From contig CAZTWW010000002.1 in assembly GCA_964618165.1 (NCBI GenBank), forward strand, positions 1 through 57,148: DNA of 57,148 bases, read 5' to 3'. Origin of the DNA: an uncultured Candidatus Saccharibacteria bacterium. GTDB lineage: Bacteria > Patescibacteriota > Minisyncoccia > Phycocordibacterales > UBA918. Under the pieces are notes generated by a model. It was not told the DNA's origin. It saw only the letters and a list, made by a program, of their open reading frames with translations, and made no database searches. Shown piece after piece: positions 17,640-26,199 of this stretch; the first letter of the stretch is position 1, and every line of letters begins with the position of its first letter. The position numbers and the translations under genes are program-made.

Positions 17640-17954
17640 ATGTTTGGAAAATTAAAGAATATGGCGGTGCGCAAGCTTGTGCAATCGCAAATGAAAAATG
17701 TACCAGTCGAGCAACAGCAGATGATTATCGAGATGCTCGAAAAGAAGCCCGAACTCTTCGAACAAATTGCCAAAGAAATGCAGGAAGAACTGAAGACTAA
17801 TGGTAATAATCAGATGGCTGCCGCCATGAAGGTACTCCCGAAGTACCAGCAGGAAATTATGGAGATCATGAGCCCAGAGATGAAGGAGAAGCTCATGAAG
17901 ATGCAGATGGGGAGCCAGGGGCAGTTTAACCCAGACGGTAGCATCCGCCGATAA
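17640..17954 (+). CDS. Hypothetical small Met/Gln/Lys-rich protein
   Basis: 104-aa ORF. The ATG lies 9 nt after TAGTAT (17625-17630). Confidence 0.45.
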   Translation: MFGKLKNMAVRKLVQSQMKNVPVEQQQMIIEMLEKKPELFEQIAKEMQEELKTNGNNQMAAAMKVLPKYQQEIMEIMSPEMKEKLMKMQMGSQGQFNPDGSIRR

Positions 17955-17959
17955 TAGTC

Positions 17960-18070
17960 AAATAATTTGTTGAATCTTCTTTGTTGCATTTATAGAAAAG
18001 TTACTCACCGTACAGGAAGTACGCCTCATAATTTTTCTATAATGCGCCTCGAATCTTCAATAAATTATTT
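17960..18070. repeat. Long imperfect inverted repeat (arms about 50 nt)
   Basis: aaataatttgttgaa...gcatttatagaaaa pairs with ttttctataatgc...ttcaataaattattt. The apex is cgtac-aggaa-gtacg. Confidence 0.6.
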
Positions 18071-18141
18071 AACTCTTACTGTCTGTTCCGTACCCGAAAC
18101 ATACTGAGGGTTACAATTTGCAGGTGAGAAAGAAAATTTAT

Positions 18142-18174
18142 CAACACGGTGCGACCTACGGTCGCACCGTGTTG
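18142..18174. promoter_or_regulatory. Perfect 15-bp-stem palindrome (caacacggtgcgacc-tac-ggtcgcaccgtgttg)
   Basis: It ends 3 nt before TATACT (18178-18183) of the downstream gene. It could be a terminator or an operator. Confidence 0.45.
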
Positions 18175-18191
18175 CCGTATACTCTCAATAT

Positions 18192-18770
18192 ATGTCAAAG
18201 AAAATTCTAGTACTTTGTGGTCACCCAGACAAAGATTCGTTTTGTGGAACTATGTCTGACCAATATGAGCGAGGCGCCCGCGAGGCTGGTCACGAAGTAG
18301 TCCGCGTCAACATCGGCGAACTCAACTTTGATCCTATCCTGCATAAGGGATATAAGGAGATTCAGCAGCTCGAACCAGACCTTATCGAGCTCCAGAACCG
18401 CTTCCGTGAGGCTGAACACATTGTGATTGTGTATCCAAACTGGTGGTGTGCGATGCCTGCTATCCTCAAGGGACTCTTTGACCGTTTCTGGCTCCCCGGC
18501 TTTGCCTTTAACTTCAACAAGCAAACCAAGCGTATCGATAAGCACCTTAAGGGTCGCTCAGCCCGAGTGATTGTACTCTCTGGCTCACACTCACCATTCC
18601 AGACCTGGTGGCGCTTTGGTGACTTCACGAACGAAATCCAGTACGGCATCCTCGAATTTGCTGGTATCCGTACTGCAGTCACTGCCTATGGCCCGTGTGA
18701 GAAGGTTGATGGTATCTGCCGAGAAAAGTGGCTCCGTGAGGTGGAGTCGATGGGGAAGAAGGGTATATAA
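18192..18770 (+). CDS. Flavodoxin-like-fold NAD(P)H dehydrogenase (quinone)/FMN reductase family
   Basis: 'KILVLCGHPDKDSFCG', 'IVIVYPNWWCAMPAILKGLFDR' is the typical Flavodoxin_2 signature. Confidence 0.75.
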   Translation: MSKKILVLCGHPDKDSFCGTMSDQYERGAREAGHEVVRVNIGELNFDPILHKGYKEIQQLEPDLIELQNRFREAEHIVIVYPNWWCAMPAILKGLFDRFWLPGFAFNFNKQTKRIDKHLKGRSARVIVLSGSHSPFQTWWRFGDFTNEIQYGILEFAGIRTAVTAYGPCEKVDGICREKWLREVESMGKKGI

Positions 18771-18786
18771 ATCAACCTATAGTAAA

Positions 18787-18818
18787 GAAAAGGTCAGTGC
18801 GTAAGCATTGACCTTTTC
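18787..18818 (+). terminator. Rho-independent terminator
   Basis: Stem gaaaaggtca/tgaccttttc followed by a T-rich tail. Confidence 0.6.
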
Positions 18819-18873
18819 TATTTTTGTGATATTGTTTTAACAGTCGAAAACATCAGCGCGCAGGAGGCGCATC

Positions 18874-19236
18874 ATGAACTTGTTCAAAGTAATCCTCTTT
18901 GGATTCCTGACATTGATGATGTTGGCTGCTTGCCAGCCGCAGTTCTACATCAATTCGGAGACCACCATCACCCACACGCCGTCACGGGCGCAAGAGCGGC
19001 ACCCTCGTGGCGAGATGGTGTTTGCCTGCACCACTGTCGCAGCGATATACGAATACCTCGAAAATGGGGGTATCTCCGCCGGATGTGGTCGTATGTACAT
19101 GACGACACCACGGTACCGTGATGACTTCTACACCTACGAAGGGCAGCGGTTCAGGATTATCGAGTTTCAAGACGGATTGTACAAATACTTCACCTACGAA
19201 GAACGTGGAAGCCGGTCACGACACTGGCGCTACTGA
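18874..19236 (+). CDS. Hypothetical lipoprotein
   Basis: Lipobox-like 'LMMLAAC' after a signal sequence. Confidence 0.5.
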   Translation: MNLFKVILFGFLTLMMLAACQPQFYINSETTITHTPSRAQERHPRGEMVFACTTVAAIYEYLENGGISAGCGRMYMTTPRYRDDFYTYEGQRFRIIEFQDGLYKYFTYEERGSRSRHWRY

Positions 19237-19307
19237 GCAAATGAGGCGGAAGGCGGGAGATACTCCTGTCTTCCGCCTTTTCCTTTACCTGGTGGTATAC
19301 TATAGAC

Positions 19308-19703
19308 ATGGAACAATACACCTGGTACGCAACCCTTATCAAACCAACCTGGGCGCCTCCAAGCTGGGTCTTTGGACCAGTGTGGTCTGTACTCTATACC
19401 ATCATCGCGATTACTTTTATCTACGTCTTTTATAAGACGTATCTAGGGGAGATACCATACTGGATTGCCGGTCTCTTTGCACTCAATCTCATTGCCAACG
19501 CCCTCTTTACACCGCTTCAGTTCGGGCTCCAGAGCAATTTCCTGGCAGCCGTAGATATTGTGGTTGTGCTCGGTTCACTTGCTGCCGCCCTCTACGTTAT
19601 CTACCCGTACGCGCCATGGGTAGCGTTTGCTAATATCCCATACCTTCTCTGGGTCTCATTTGCAACCGTACTCCAGCTCACTATCACGTACCTTAACTGG
19701 TAG
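19308..19703 (+). CDS. tspO: TspO/MBR-family tryptophan-rich membrane protein
   Basis: 'WYATLIKPTWAPPSWVFGPVWSVLYTIIAI' signature. 131 aa, which is slightly short for the family. Confidence 0.75.
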   Translation: MEQYTWYATLIKPTWAPPSWVFGPVWSVLYTIIAITFIYVFYKTYLGEIPYWIAGLFALNLIANALFTPLQFGLQSNFLAAVDIVVVLGSLAAALYVIYPYAPWVAFANIPYLLWVSFATVLQLTITYLNW

Positions 19704-19723
19704 TCTGTTATACTGGCACGTAT

Positions 19724-20563
19724 ATGCATCATGTTTCGTTTGGGCGAGAGGTCGCCAGTGTCGCCCTCAAGGTAGTGGCGGTGGTGATTACTATCGTACT
19801 CATCGTCATATCGCTCGGAGTCATTACCTTTAGCTTCACCGCAATTAGTGATGGGGAGTGCAATATCGCCGTGATGCCAATAGAAGGAGTGATTATGCCG
19901 TTTGGGAACGGTGTCTCATACCCTGAGTTCGCCACTACGCCACGTGATGTTCGCGACTTCCTCGCTGCCCTTGAATACGAGACAATGATTGAAGGTATCC
20001 TTTTTGAGATTAATTCTCCTGGTGGCACACCCGTAGCCTCTGAAGCTATTGCGAGCGATATCAGTATGATTGAGATGCCAAATCTCGCCCTGGTTGGTGA
20101 TATTGCTGCCTCAGGCGGGTACATGATTGCCGCAGCGGCTGACAGCATCATCGCCTCACCGATGTCTGACGTTGGGAGTATTGGTGTCACGATGTCCTAT
20201 GTTGAAGAGTCGAAGAAGAATGAAAAAGATGGTCTTACCTACGTACCACTCAACAGTGGAGAATTTAAAGACATTGGCAGTCCAAATAAACCAATTACCG
20301 ACGAGGAACGAACCCTCCTTGAAGCCCAGCTCGATGAAGTCCATAACTACTTCATCGATCTCGTGAGTCGCTATCGCGATATTGACCGCGAGTCTGTAGC
20401 CGCACTCGCAGACGGCTCAACGATGACCGGCAAGCAGGCGCTTGAGAAAAAGCTCATTGACCACCTCGGCGGCCGGGAGGAAGCGAAGCGTATCTTTGCC
20501 GAGCGCCTCGGCAAGCAGCCAAACGAGATTCACTTCTGTGAGTATGTTGCACCACTCCTATAG
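19724..20563 (+). CDS. sppA: Signal peptide peptidase SppA (36K type, S49)
   Basis: 'EINSPGGT', 'GDIAASGGYMIAAAAD', 'SIGV' motifs. N-terminal TM. Confidence 0.85.
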   Translation: MHHVSFGREVASVALKVVAVVITIVLIVISLGVITFSFTAISDGECNIAVMPIEGVIMPFGNGVSYPEFATTPRDVRDFLAALEYETMIEGILFEINSPGGTPVASEAIASDISMIEMPNLALVGDIAASGGYMIAAAADSIIASPMSDVGSIGVTMSYVEESKKNEKDGLTYVPLNSGEFKDIGSPNKPITDEERTLLEAQLDEVHNYFIDLVSRYRDIDRESVAALADGSTMTGKQALEKKLIDHLGGREEAKRIFAERLGKQPNEIHFCEYVAPLL

Positions 20564-20730
20564 ACAAAATAAACCACCATTCTCGTTCGACGGGGTTCAT
20601 ATGTTATTCAACAACCTGTAGTTCTCTGTGTAATTTGGTACACTAGAAGTCTTGTACAGGCACACTAAGTGTGCGGACACAGCGATAGTTTGCATTCTGC
20701 TGAACTACGTGAGTGACTGTCTGTACGAGT

Positions 20731-20758
20731 ATGCTCCCCGCGGGGAGCATTTCTTTTT
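20731..20758 (+). terminator. Rho-independent terminator
   Basis: Stem atgctccccg/cggggagcat followed by ttcttttt. It lies 168 nt downstream of the sppA stop. Confidence 0.7.
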
Positions 20759-20787
20759 AATTATTTTTCTGCTACACTCAGCGCCAT

Positions 20788-21888
20788 ATGTCAAAGCTTG
20801 CGGTCGGTATTGTCGGCCTTCCAAATGTCGGTAAATCAACATTATTCACAGCCCTCACGAAGAATGAGGTGTTAATTGCAAACTACCCCTTCGCAACTAT
20901 CGACCCATCCGTCGGTGTGGTGGCAGTACCAGATAGTCGTCTCGAGACGCTCTCTAGTATCTCAGGTTCACAGCAAATCATCCCGGCTGTCGTGGAATTC
21001 GTTGACATTGCTGGTCTTGTTGAGGGTGCCGCCAGTGGCGAAGGACTCGGCAATAAATTCCTCGCCAATATTCGCGAGACAGACATGATTGGTGAGGTGG
21101 TCCGCATCTTTGAAGATGAAGATATCCATCACGTCTCAGGGCGTATCGACCCACTGGGAGACATCGAGGTTATCAACCTCGAACTCGTCCTAGCCGACGC
21201 TGAAACTGTTGAGAAGCGTCTCGGTAATGTCGAGCGTGACGCCAAACGCGGAGACAAAGAAGCTGTCCTCGAGCGCGACCTCCTTTTAAAGCTGAAGCCA
21301 CACCTCGAAGGCGGTAATCTCGCCAATAGTCTCACCATGACCGATGATGAGAGGCGTATCGTGAAGCATCTCCATCTCCTCACGATGAAGCCATTCCTGT
21401 ACATCTGTAACAAGAAGCATGGGTCATTTAACCTCGATGAACACAACGACGATCGTTGGGTAGCTCTGACTGAATACTTTGAACGTACCGGGGCAGAATA
21501 CGTCATTGTTGACGCTGGTATGGAGCATGAGCTCCGTGACCTCTCTGAAGACGAGAAGCTCGAATTCCGTCGTGAGTACGGTGCGCAGGATAGTGGTGTC
21601 GCGAGTCTTATCCGGGCCTGCTACCACCGACTCGGACTTATGTCCTACTTCACGACCGGCGAGAAGGAGACGCGCGCCTGGACAGTACCGATTGGTTCGA
21701 CTGGACCAAAGGCTGCCGCCGCTATCCATAGTGACTTTGAAAAGAAGTATATCCGCGCGCAGGTCGTGACCTTTGAAGACCTCGTCACCTGCGGCTCTAT
21801 TGCCAAGGCACGTGAAGCCGGCAAGCTCCGTGTGGAAGGGAAGGAGTACATCGTGAAAGATGGCGACGTGATTGAATTCCTCATTTAA
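20788..21888 (+). CDS. ychF: Ribosome-binding ATPase YchF
   Basis: 'GIVGLPNVGKSTLFTALT', 'DIAGLV', C-terminal TGS-like 'VKDGDVIEF'. Confidence 0.95.
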   Translation: MSKLAVGIVGLPNVGKSTLFTALTKNEVLIANYPFATIDPSVGVVAVPDSRLETLSSISGSQQIIPAVVEFVDIAGLVEGAASGEGLGNKFLANIRETDMIGEVVRIFEDEDIHHVSGRIDPLGDIEVINLELVLADAETVEKRLGNVERDAKRGDKEAVLERDLLLKLKPHLEGGNLANSLTMTDDERRIVKHLHLLTMKPFLYICNKKHGSFNLDEHNDDRWVALTEYFERTGAEYVIVDAGMEHELRDLSEDEKLEFRREYGAQDSGVASLIRACYHRLGLMSYFTTGEKETRAWTVPIGSTGPKAAAAIHSDFEKKYIRAQVVTFEDLVTCGSIAKAREAGKLRVEGKEYIVKDGDVIEFLI

Positions 21889-21903
21889 TTAAGCAAAAAG
21901 TTT

Positions 21904-21931
21904 GACCGGTACCCACCAAAAGGTACCGGTC
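21904..21931. terminator. Bidirectional terminator
   Basis: Stem gaccggtacc/ggtaccggtc between the convergent genes ychF and upp. Confidence 0.65.
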
Positions 21932-21935
21932 TTTC

Positions 21936-22523
21936 TTATTCAATCGGGCCAAAAAGTCGGTCACCAGCATCCCCAAGACCAGGGACGATGTAGCCGTTAT
22001 CATCGAGACCGTCGTCGATGACTGCCGTCACAATGGTGACATCAGGATGATGCGTCTCAATGTACGCAATACCTTCCGGAGCAGACATCAGTGTAAAGAG
22101 GATGATACGCTCAGGTTTCTTCACTGACTTCAACTTGAGGGCGTCGATAGCCGCTCCGGCAGAACCACCAGTAGCGAGCATGGTCTCGAAGACCAAGACG
22201 GTCTTACGACCAAGATCAGGCGCACACTTGTACATGCCGAGGGTTGGCGTGAGCGTGACGTGATCGCGCTTCACATCAATGAAGCCGACGTCACAATCAA
22301 CGATACTCATTGCGCCAAGTGCAAGCCCAACACCTGCCCGCATCACGATGACCGCGTATAGATTTGCTTCATCCACCAATTCATCCGCAAGGATTTGGTG
22401 CATGAGTACGAAACCTATATTCGCAACACCGTCCCTGAACTCGTCGCGTGGGAGGTTACGATCACGTAGACGCTCTAGGTCAATAGACTGCTGGTGAGGA
22501 AGTGGTAGGACAATATGCGGCAC
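21936..22523 (-). CDS. upp: Uracil phosphoribosyltransferase
   Basis: PRPP loop 'VLVFETMLATGGSA', C-terminal 'NGYIVPGLGDAGDRLFG'. GTG at 22523 is preceded by GAGGAG. The track ORF extends to a TTG at 22619. Confidence 0.8.
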   Translation of the reverse strand: MPHIVLPLPHQQSIDLERLRDRNLPRDEFRDGVANIGFVLMHQILADELVDEANLYAVIVMRAGVGLALGAMSIVDCDVGFIDVKRDHVTLTPTLGMYKCAPDLGRKTVLVFETMLATGGSAGAAIDALKLKSVKKPERIILFTLMSAPEGIAYIETHHPDVTIVTAVIDDGLDDNGYIVPGLGDAGDRLFGPIE

Positions 22524-22636
22524 GTCAGTGTACTCCTCTCTATTTAAGAACGGGTGCACATCCCGTTCTTGGTGGGTTGCATTGCGCCGTACTATAGAAA
22601 ATCCCTGCTTGAATAGCAAGGATTTCTTTTTGTTTA

Positions 22637-22906
22637 TTAGCTGAGGTCAGTCGGGGGATTCTTGCGTTGGACTGGACTCACGACGGTCGGACTCCAGGTG
22701 GCCTTAATGGCTCCATGCTCCTTTTCATACTCTGCGACTTGGTGCGTAAGGTACTGCTGGAGACGCTTCGCGTGTTGCGGGGTAAGTGAATAGATAGCTC
22801 CCTGATTTCCTGAGGAGAGCCCCATCACGAAGAACTCTGGCGTGTAGCCGATATTAATTGATTCACAAAATAGCTTTGGAGCTTGTTTCAAGTCATCTGG
22901 TTTCAT
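22637..22906 (-). CDS. DUF3467-like small protein
   Basis: The pattern 'INIGYTPEFFVMGL...LTPQHAKRLQQYL...EYEKEHG' resembles DUF3467. Confidence 0.5.
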   Translation of the reverse strand: MKPDDLKQAPKLFCESINIGYTPEFFVMGLSSGNQGAIYSLTPQHAKRLQQYLTHQVAEYEKEHGAIKATWSPTVVSPVQRKNPPTDLS

Positions 22907-22994
22907 ACTAAAACAGTATACCGCATTTTAGGGAAGTGTTCAGGAAGTGGCGCGTACTGTTAGAATGGTTGATGGACATGCCATGGAGGGCATT

Positions 22995-23906
22995 ATGAAA
23001 CGAGGACTACCGATAACGGTGACATCACTCAATACCTGGAGTGGTGTCGCGGTCAGCAACCGCGAAGCTACCATCGTCGATTACATTGTTGAGCTGGCAC
23101 ACACTCATGATATTGTCAGCCTGAACGAAGTTCACTACGCAGACGACATGGGTAAAGTGCCACGCTTTGGCCGTGCACCGGTGCAGAAAGATGAAATCGG
23201 TCCGTACCATCTCACCCTCGGCAACGAGGTGCGAGAAAAGCTGTTCCGAACCCACGACCTGTACTTCACCTCAAACTTCGACTGTTTTGCGTATCATGAC
23301 CGAGCAGCTGCAGAATATCCGGTGAAGTTTGGCAACCTGCTCATCGTACGACGAAAACGGTTCGATGAGTTCTCGTTGCGTGACCAGTACTGCTATGGAC
23401 AGGGTGAACTCAATACCGAAGTGCTGGTAAAGGGGATGGTCGTCAACGGCATACCTGCCTCTCGTTCGATGCAAGTGTGCTCAGTCACGTACGGACAACA
23501 TCGGTTTCGATTGGTGTTCATGCATGGAATCTGGACACAACGAGGGAAAGTCGATTGTCCTGCCCGCGTGAGCCAGAATGCGCGCATCGGGCAGGGAGTC
23601 CTTGCTGCGACACGCAATACCGCCTACGAGACAGTCCCGACCATACTCATGGGTGACCTCAACTATACGTCACGCCTCGAGTGTTTCAAGGACCTGCTCC
23701 AGCACAAGGACGTCTTCAACGGTACCGCAGTGAACCTTAATGCGAAGGCTGGCATCAGAACCACCCGCACCAAGTTTTACACCCGCTCTGAACCGGAGGC
23801 CGACTTCACGCTCATGAGTGACTGGGCAGAGGGCTACGTCGACACCTACGAAGCACTCGACGCACCATCTGATCACATGCGTCTGAGGCTTGTCCTTGGA
23901 AAATAA
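22995..23906 (+). CDS. Endonuclease/exonuclease/phosphatase (EEP)-family protein
   Basis: 'IVSLNEVH', 'LMGDLNYT', C-terminal 'SDHMRL'. The ATG at 22995 lies 5 nt after GGAGGG. The track starts at GTG 22947. Confidence 0.6.
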   Translation: MKRGLPITVTSLNTWSGVAVSNREATIVDYIVELAHTHDIVSLNEVHYADDMGKVPRFGRAPVQKDEIGPYHLTLGNEVREKLFRTHDLYFTSNFDCFAYHDRAAAEYPVKFGNLLIVRRKRFDEFSLRDQYCYGQGELNTEVLVKGMVVNGIPASRSMQVCSVTYGQHRFRLVFMHGIWTQRGKVDCPARVSQNARIGQGVLAATRNTAYETVPTILMGDLNYTSRLECFKDLLQHKDVFNGTAVNLNAKAGIRTTRTKFYTRSEPEADFTLMSDWAEGYVDTYEALDAPSDHMRLRLVLGK

Positions 23907-23911
23907 CACCA

Positions 23912-23946
23912 CACCCGGCGCAACACGCGCGCCGGGTGCATTTTTT
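23912..23946 (+). terminator. Rho-independent terminator
   Basis: Stem cacccggcgc/gcgccgggtg followed by TTTTTT. Confidence 0.75.
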
Positions 23947-23971
23947 ATAATGAAGCGTATACTTTTACTAT

Positions 23972-24550
23972 ATGGAACAGCACGAACGCCTCGCAGACTT
24001 TTTATTCGAGACCGGTACCATGCGTCGCCTGCCGCGCATGCACCGTCAGACCCTCCTCATTGACGATACCTCAGACACCATTGCCTCACACTCCTACCGA
24101 GTTGCGCTCATTGGGTGGCACCTCGCGAAGCTCGAAGGAGCAGACCCGTACAAGGTTGTCATGATGTGCCTCCTTCATGATATGGGTGAGATACGCAGTA
24201 ACGACCACAACTGGGTACACAAGCGCTACGTAAAGATATACGAGGAAGAGATAACGAAGGACCAGCTCGGGAGCTTACCGTTTGCTGATCTCTACACATT
24301 TGCGACTGAGTATATGGCTCGTGAGACAGTTGAGGCGAAGCTTGCTAAAGAAGCTGATATCCTCGACCAGATTCTCCTTCTCCGCGAATACGAATGGCAG
24401 GGGAGCCAAGAGGCGAAGAGCTGGCTAGAGACCAAATCAAAAGACATCGAGCGACTGCAGAGTGAAGGTGCCAAAGCCCTCGGTCACGCCCTCCTTGAGC
24501 GCTCACCATCGGACTGGTGGCAAGACATCTACACGAACCAAAACCGCTAG
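23972..24550 (+). CDS. HD-domain phosphohydrolase (YfbR-like 5'-nucleotidase type)
   Basis: 'HSYRVALIGWHLA', 'LLHDMGEIRSNDH'. Confidence 0.7.
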   Translation: MEQHERLADFLFETGTMRRLPRMHRQTLLIDDTSDTIASHSYRVALIGWHLAKLEGADPYKVVMMCLLHDMGEIRSNDHNWVHKRYVKIYEEEITKDQLGSLPFADLYTFATEYMARETVEAKLAKEADILDQILLLREYEWQGSQEAKSWLETKSKDIERLQSEGAKALGHALLERSPSDWWQDIYTNQNR

Positions 24551-24591
24551 GACGTGACTTTTTAGAAAAAAGAGGAGTATACTTGTAGTAT

Positions 24592-25479
24592 ATGGAAAAT
24601 ACACCACGCAATATCGTACTGCAGGTAGGATCACTCTTAGCACTCTATATCAGTACATCATTCTTTATTACGCTCGTTTTTGGACTCATTAATCTCGCGT
24701 ACCCGGACGCAGCAGACTCTTACTGGAATATCGAGAGTGCCGCCGATAGTGTCCGTCTCGGTATTGCAGTACTTATTGTCTCACTCCCAACCTACCTCGT
24801 CCTCATGCGACTCGTAAATACCCACCGTCGGGAAGCACAGGCAAGTCTCTACCAGAACCTCACCAAGTGGCTCATCTACCTTTCACTCCTCTTCGGTGGA
24901 CTCGTCCTCCTCGGTACTCTCGCCACCACAATTTACACCTTCCTCAACGGTGACATCACCACTCGCTTTATCCTAAAAGCAGCGACAATTATTGGTGTAG
25001 TCGGCATTGCCTTTCACTACTACCTCCTTGATGCCCGTGGCTACTGGGTGAAGAACGAACAGAAGTCGGTAATGTTTGGTATCGGAGTAGGGATTGTGGC
25101 GTTTGTCGCCATTGCCTTCGGCTTCCAGTTCATCGAGACACCAGCCGTCGTCCGTGAGATGAAATTGGATGAGCAGCAGGTAAACGACCTCCGCACTATC
25201 CAATGGCAATTAGAGAGCTATCTCGCGACCAGCAGTACGACCCCAGCCACCCTCGATGAAGCATATGGTGACCTCGGTCCGGCGCCGACAGCACCCGAAG
25301 GACGTGACGCTTACAGCTATGAAGTCACCGCAACTGGTTTCAAACTCTGCGCTACGTTTGCTCGCGACAATAGCAATGAGTACGCCACCGGCTTCAGTGA
25401 CCCCGCCCTTCGTATCAAGAATAGTGAAAACTGGAACTACAAAGCCGGACGGTACTGCTTTGACCGAGCTGTGAAATAA
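24592..25479 (+). CDS. Hypothetical membrane protein
   Basis: About 6 TM helices followed by a soluble C-terminal domain. The ATG lies 8 nt after TATACT. Confidence 0.5.
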   Translation: MENTPRNIVLQVGSLLALYISTSFFITLVFGLINLAYPDAADSYWNIESAADSVRLGIAVLIVSLPTYLVLMRLVNTHRREAQASLYQNLTKWLIYLSLLFGGLVLLGTLATTIYTFLNGDITTRFILKAATIIGVVGIAFHYYLLDARGYWVKNEQKSVMFGIGVGIVAFVAIAFGFQFIETPAVVREMKLDEQQVNDLRTIQWQLESYLATSSTTPATLDEAYGDLGPAPTAPEGRDAYSYEVTATGFKLCATFARDNSNEYATGFSDPALRIKNSENWNYKAGRYCFDRAVK

Positions 25480-25503
25480 CTTACATTACATTGTCTAACA
25501 ATG

Positions 25504-25532
25504 AAAAAGCGCGGGATGAGCCCGCGCTTTTT
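25504..25532. terminator. Bidirectional terminator
   Basis: Stem aaaaagcgcggg/cccgcgcttttt. Confidence 0.75.
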
Positions 25533-25553
25533 GCTTTTTGCCTGCTGACATAC

Positions 25554-26129
25554 TCACCAGAAATAATGATCGAAGTGTACACCATACGCCTGAATCCCTT
25601 GCCCATGGGCAGTACCTGGCGCCACCCGCGCAAGCTCCGTCATCGAGTGACGCTCGACCGCAAACTGACGCCTCTGCCACGCATCAACCAATATTGGCGC
25701 GAGCGAGTACGAGTTTGCACAGTTGCCGAGGAATTGTGGTGTGTAGATGGAGATATTCTCTCGCTCGCACCCAGACATGATGAAATGACCGATGAATCGC
25801 TGGGCAAAGCAGGTGCTCACCGCGAACTTGAGATACCCCATATTGTATGAGGCAACAAGCTTCACGAGATACTCATACGACAGATAAGCATCAGTGTCAT
25901 TGGTATGCCACCCCATCGTCGACCCGTGCCCTTGATAAGACACGAGCGCGTGCGAGACGGGGACCTGCACCATTAGGAAGTCACGGATGATGACTGCCGC
26001 CGATTCAGGTGCTGGGGAGATGTAGTTTTGGACTGGTATTCCTCGGGCCTTGAGATACTCCTCCAGTTCTCTGTGAACCTCAACGTATTCTGGACCACTG
26101 ATGAGAAGAGCGGTTGGACGATCAAGCAT
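25554..26129 (-). CDS. Hypothetical protein, possible caspase-fold (C14-like) His/Cys dyad
   Basis: Strand-like 'ALLISG', 'ALVSYQGHGS' and 'FAVSTCFAQ' occur in the order expected for a caspase-fold His and Cys. GAGG lies upstream of the ATG at 26129. The track ORF extends into the kinase gene. Confidence 0.35.
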   Translation of the reverse strand: MLDRPTALLISGPEYVEVHRELEEYLKARGIPVQNYISPAPESAAVIIRDFLMVQVPVSHALVSYQGHGSTMGWHTNDTDAYLSYEYLVKLVASYNMGYLKFAVSTCFAQRFIGHFIMSGCERENISIYTPQFLGNCANSYSLAPILVDAWQRRQFAVERHSMTELARVAPGTAHGQGIQAYGVHFDHYFW

Positions 26130-26199
26130 GACTAACCTCACTGATTTGCTGTCTTTCTGTATTAGACAGGTAAGCGAAGAGAAAGTCAAAGACTCAAGC

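Noticed and set aside
22530-22545. A PyrR-binding-loop-like 'AGAGAGG' upstream of upp.
   Set aside because: The match is only the purine core that doubles as the Shine-Dalgarno. The flanking UCC/YU positions are absent, and the downstream protein carries Upp-specific rather than PyrR-specific C-terminal motifs.
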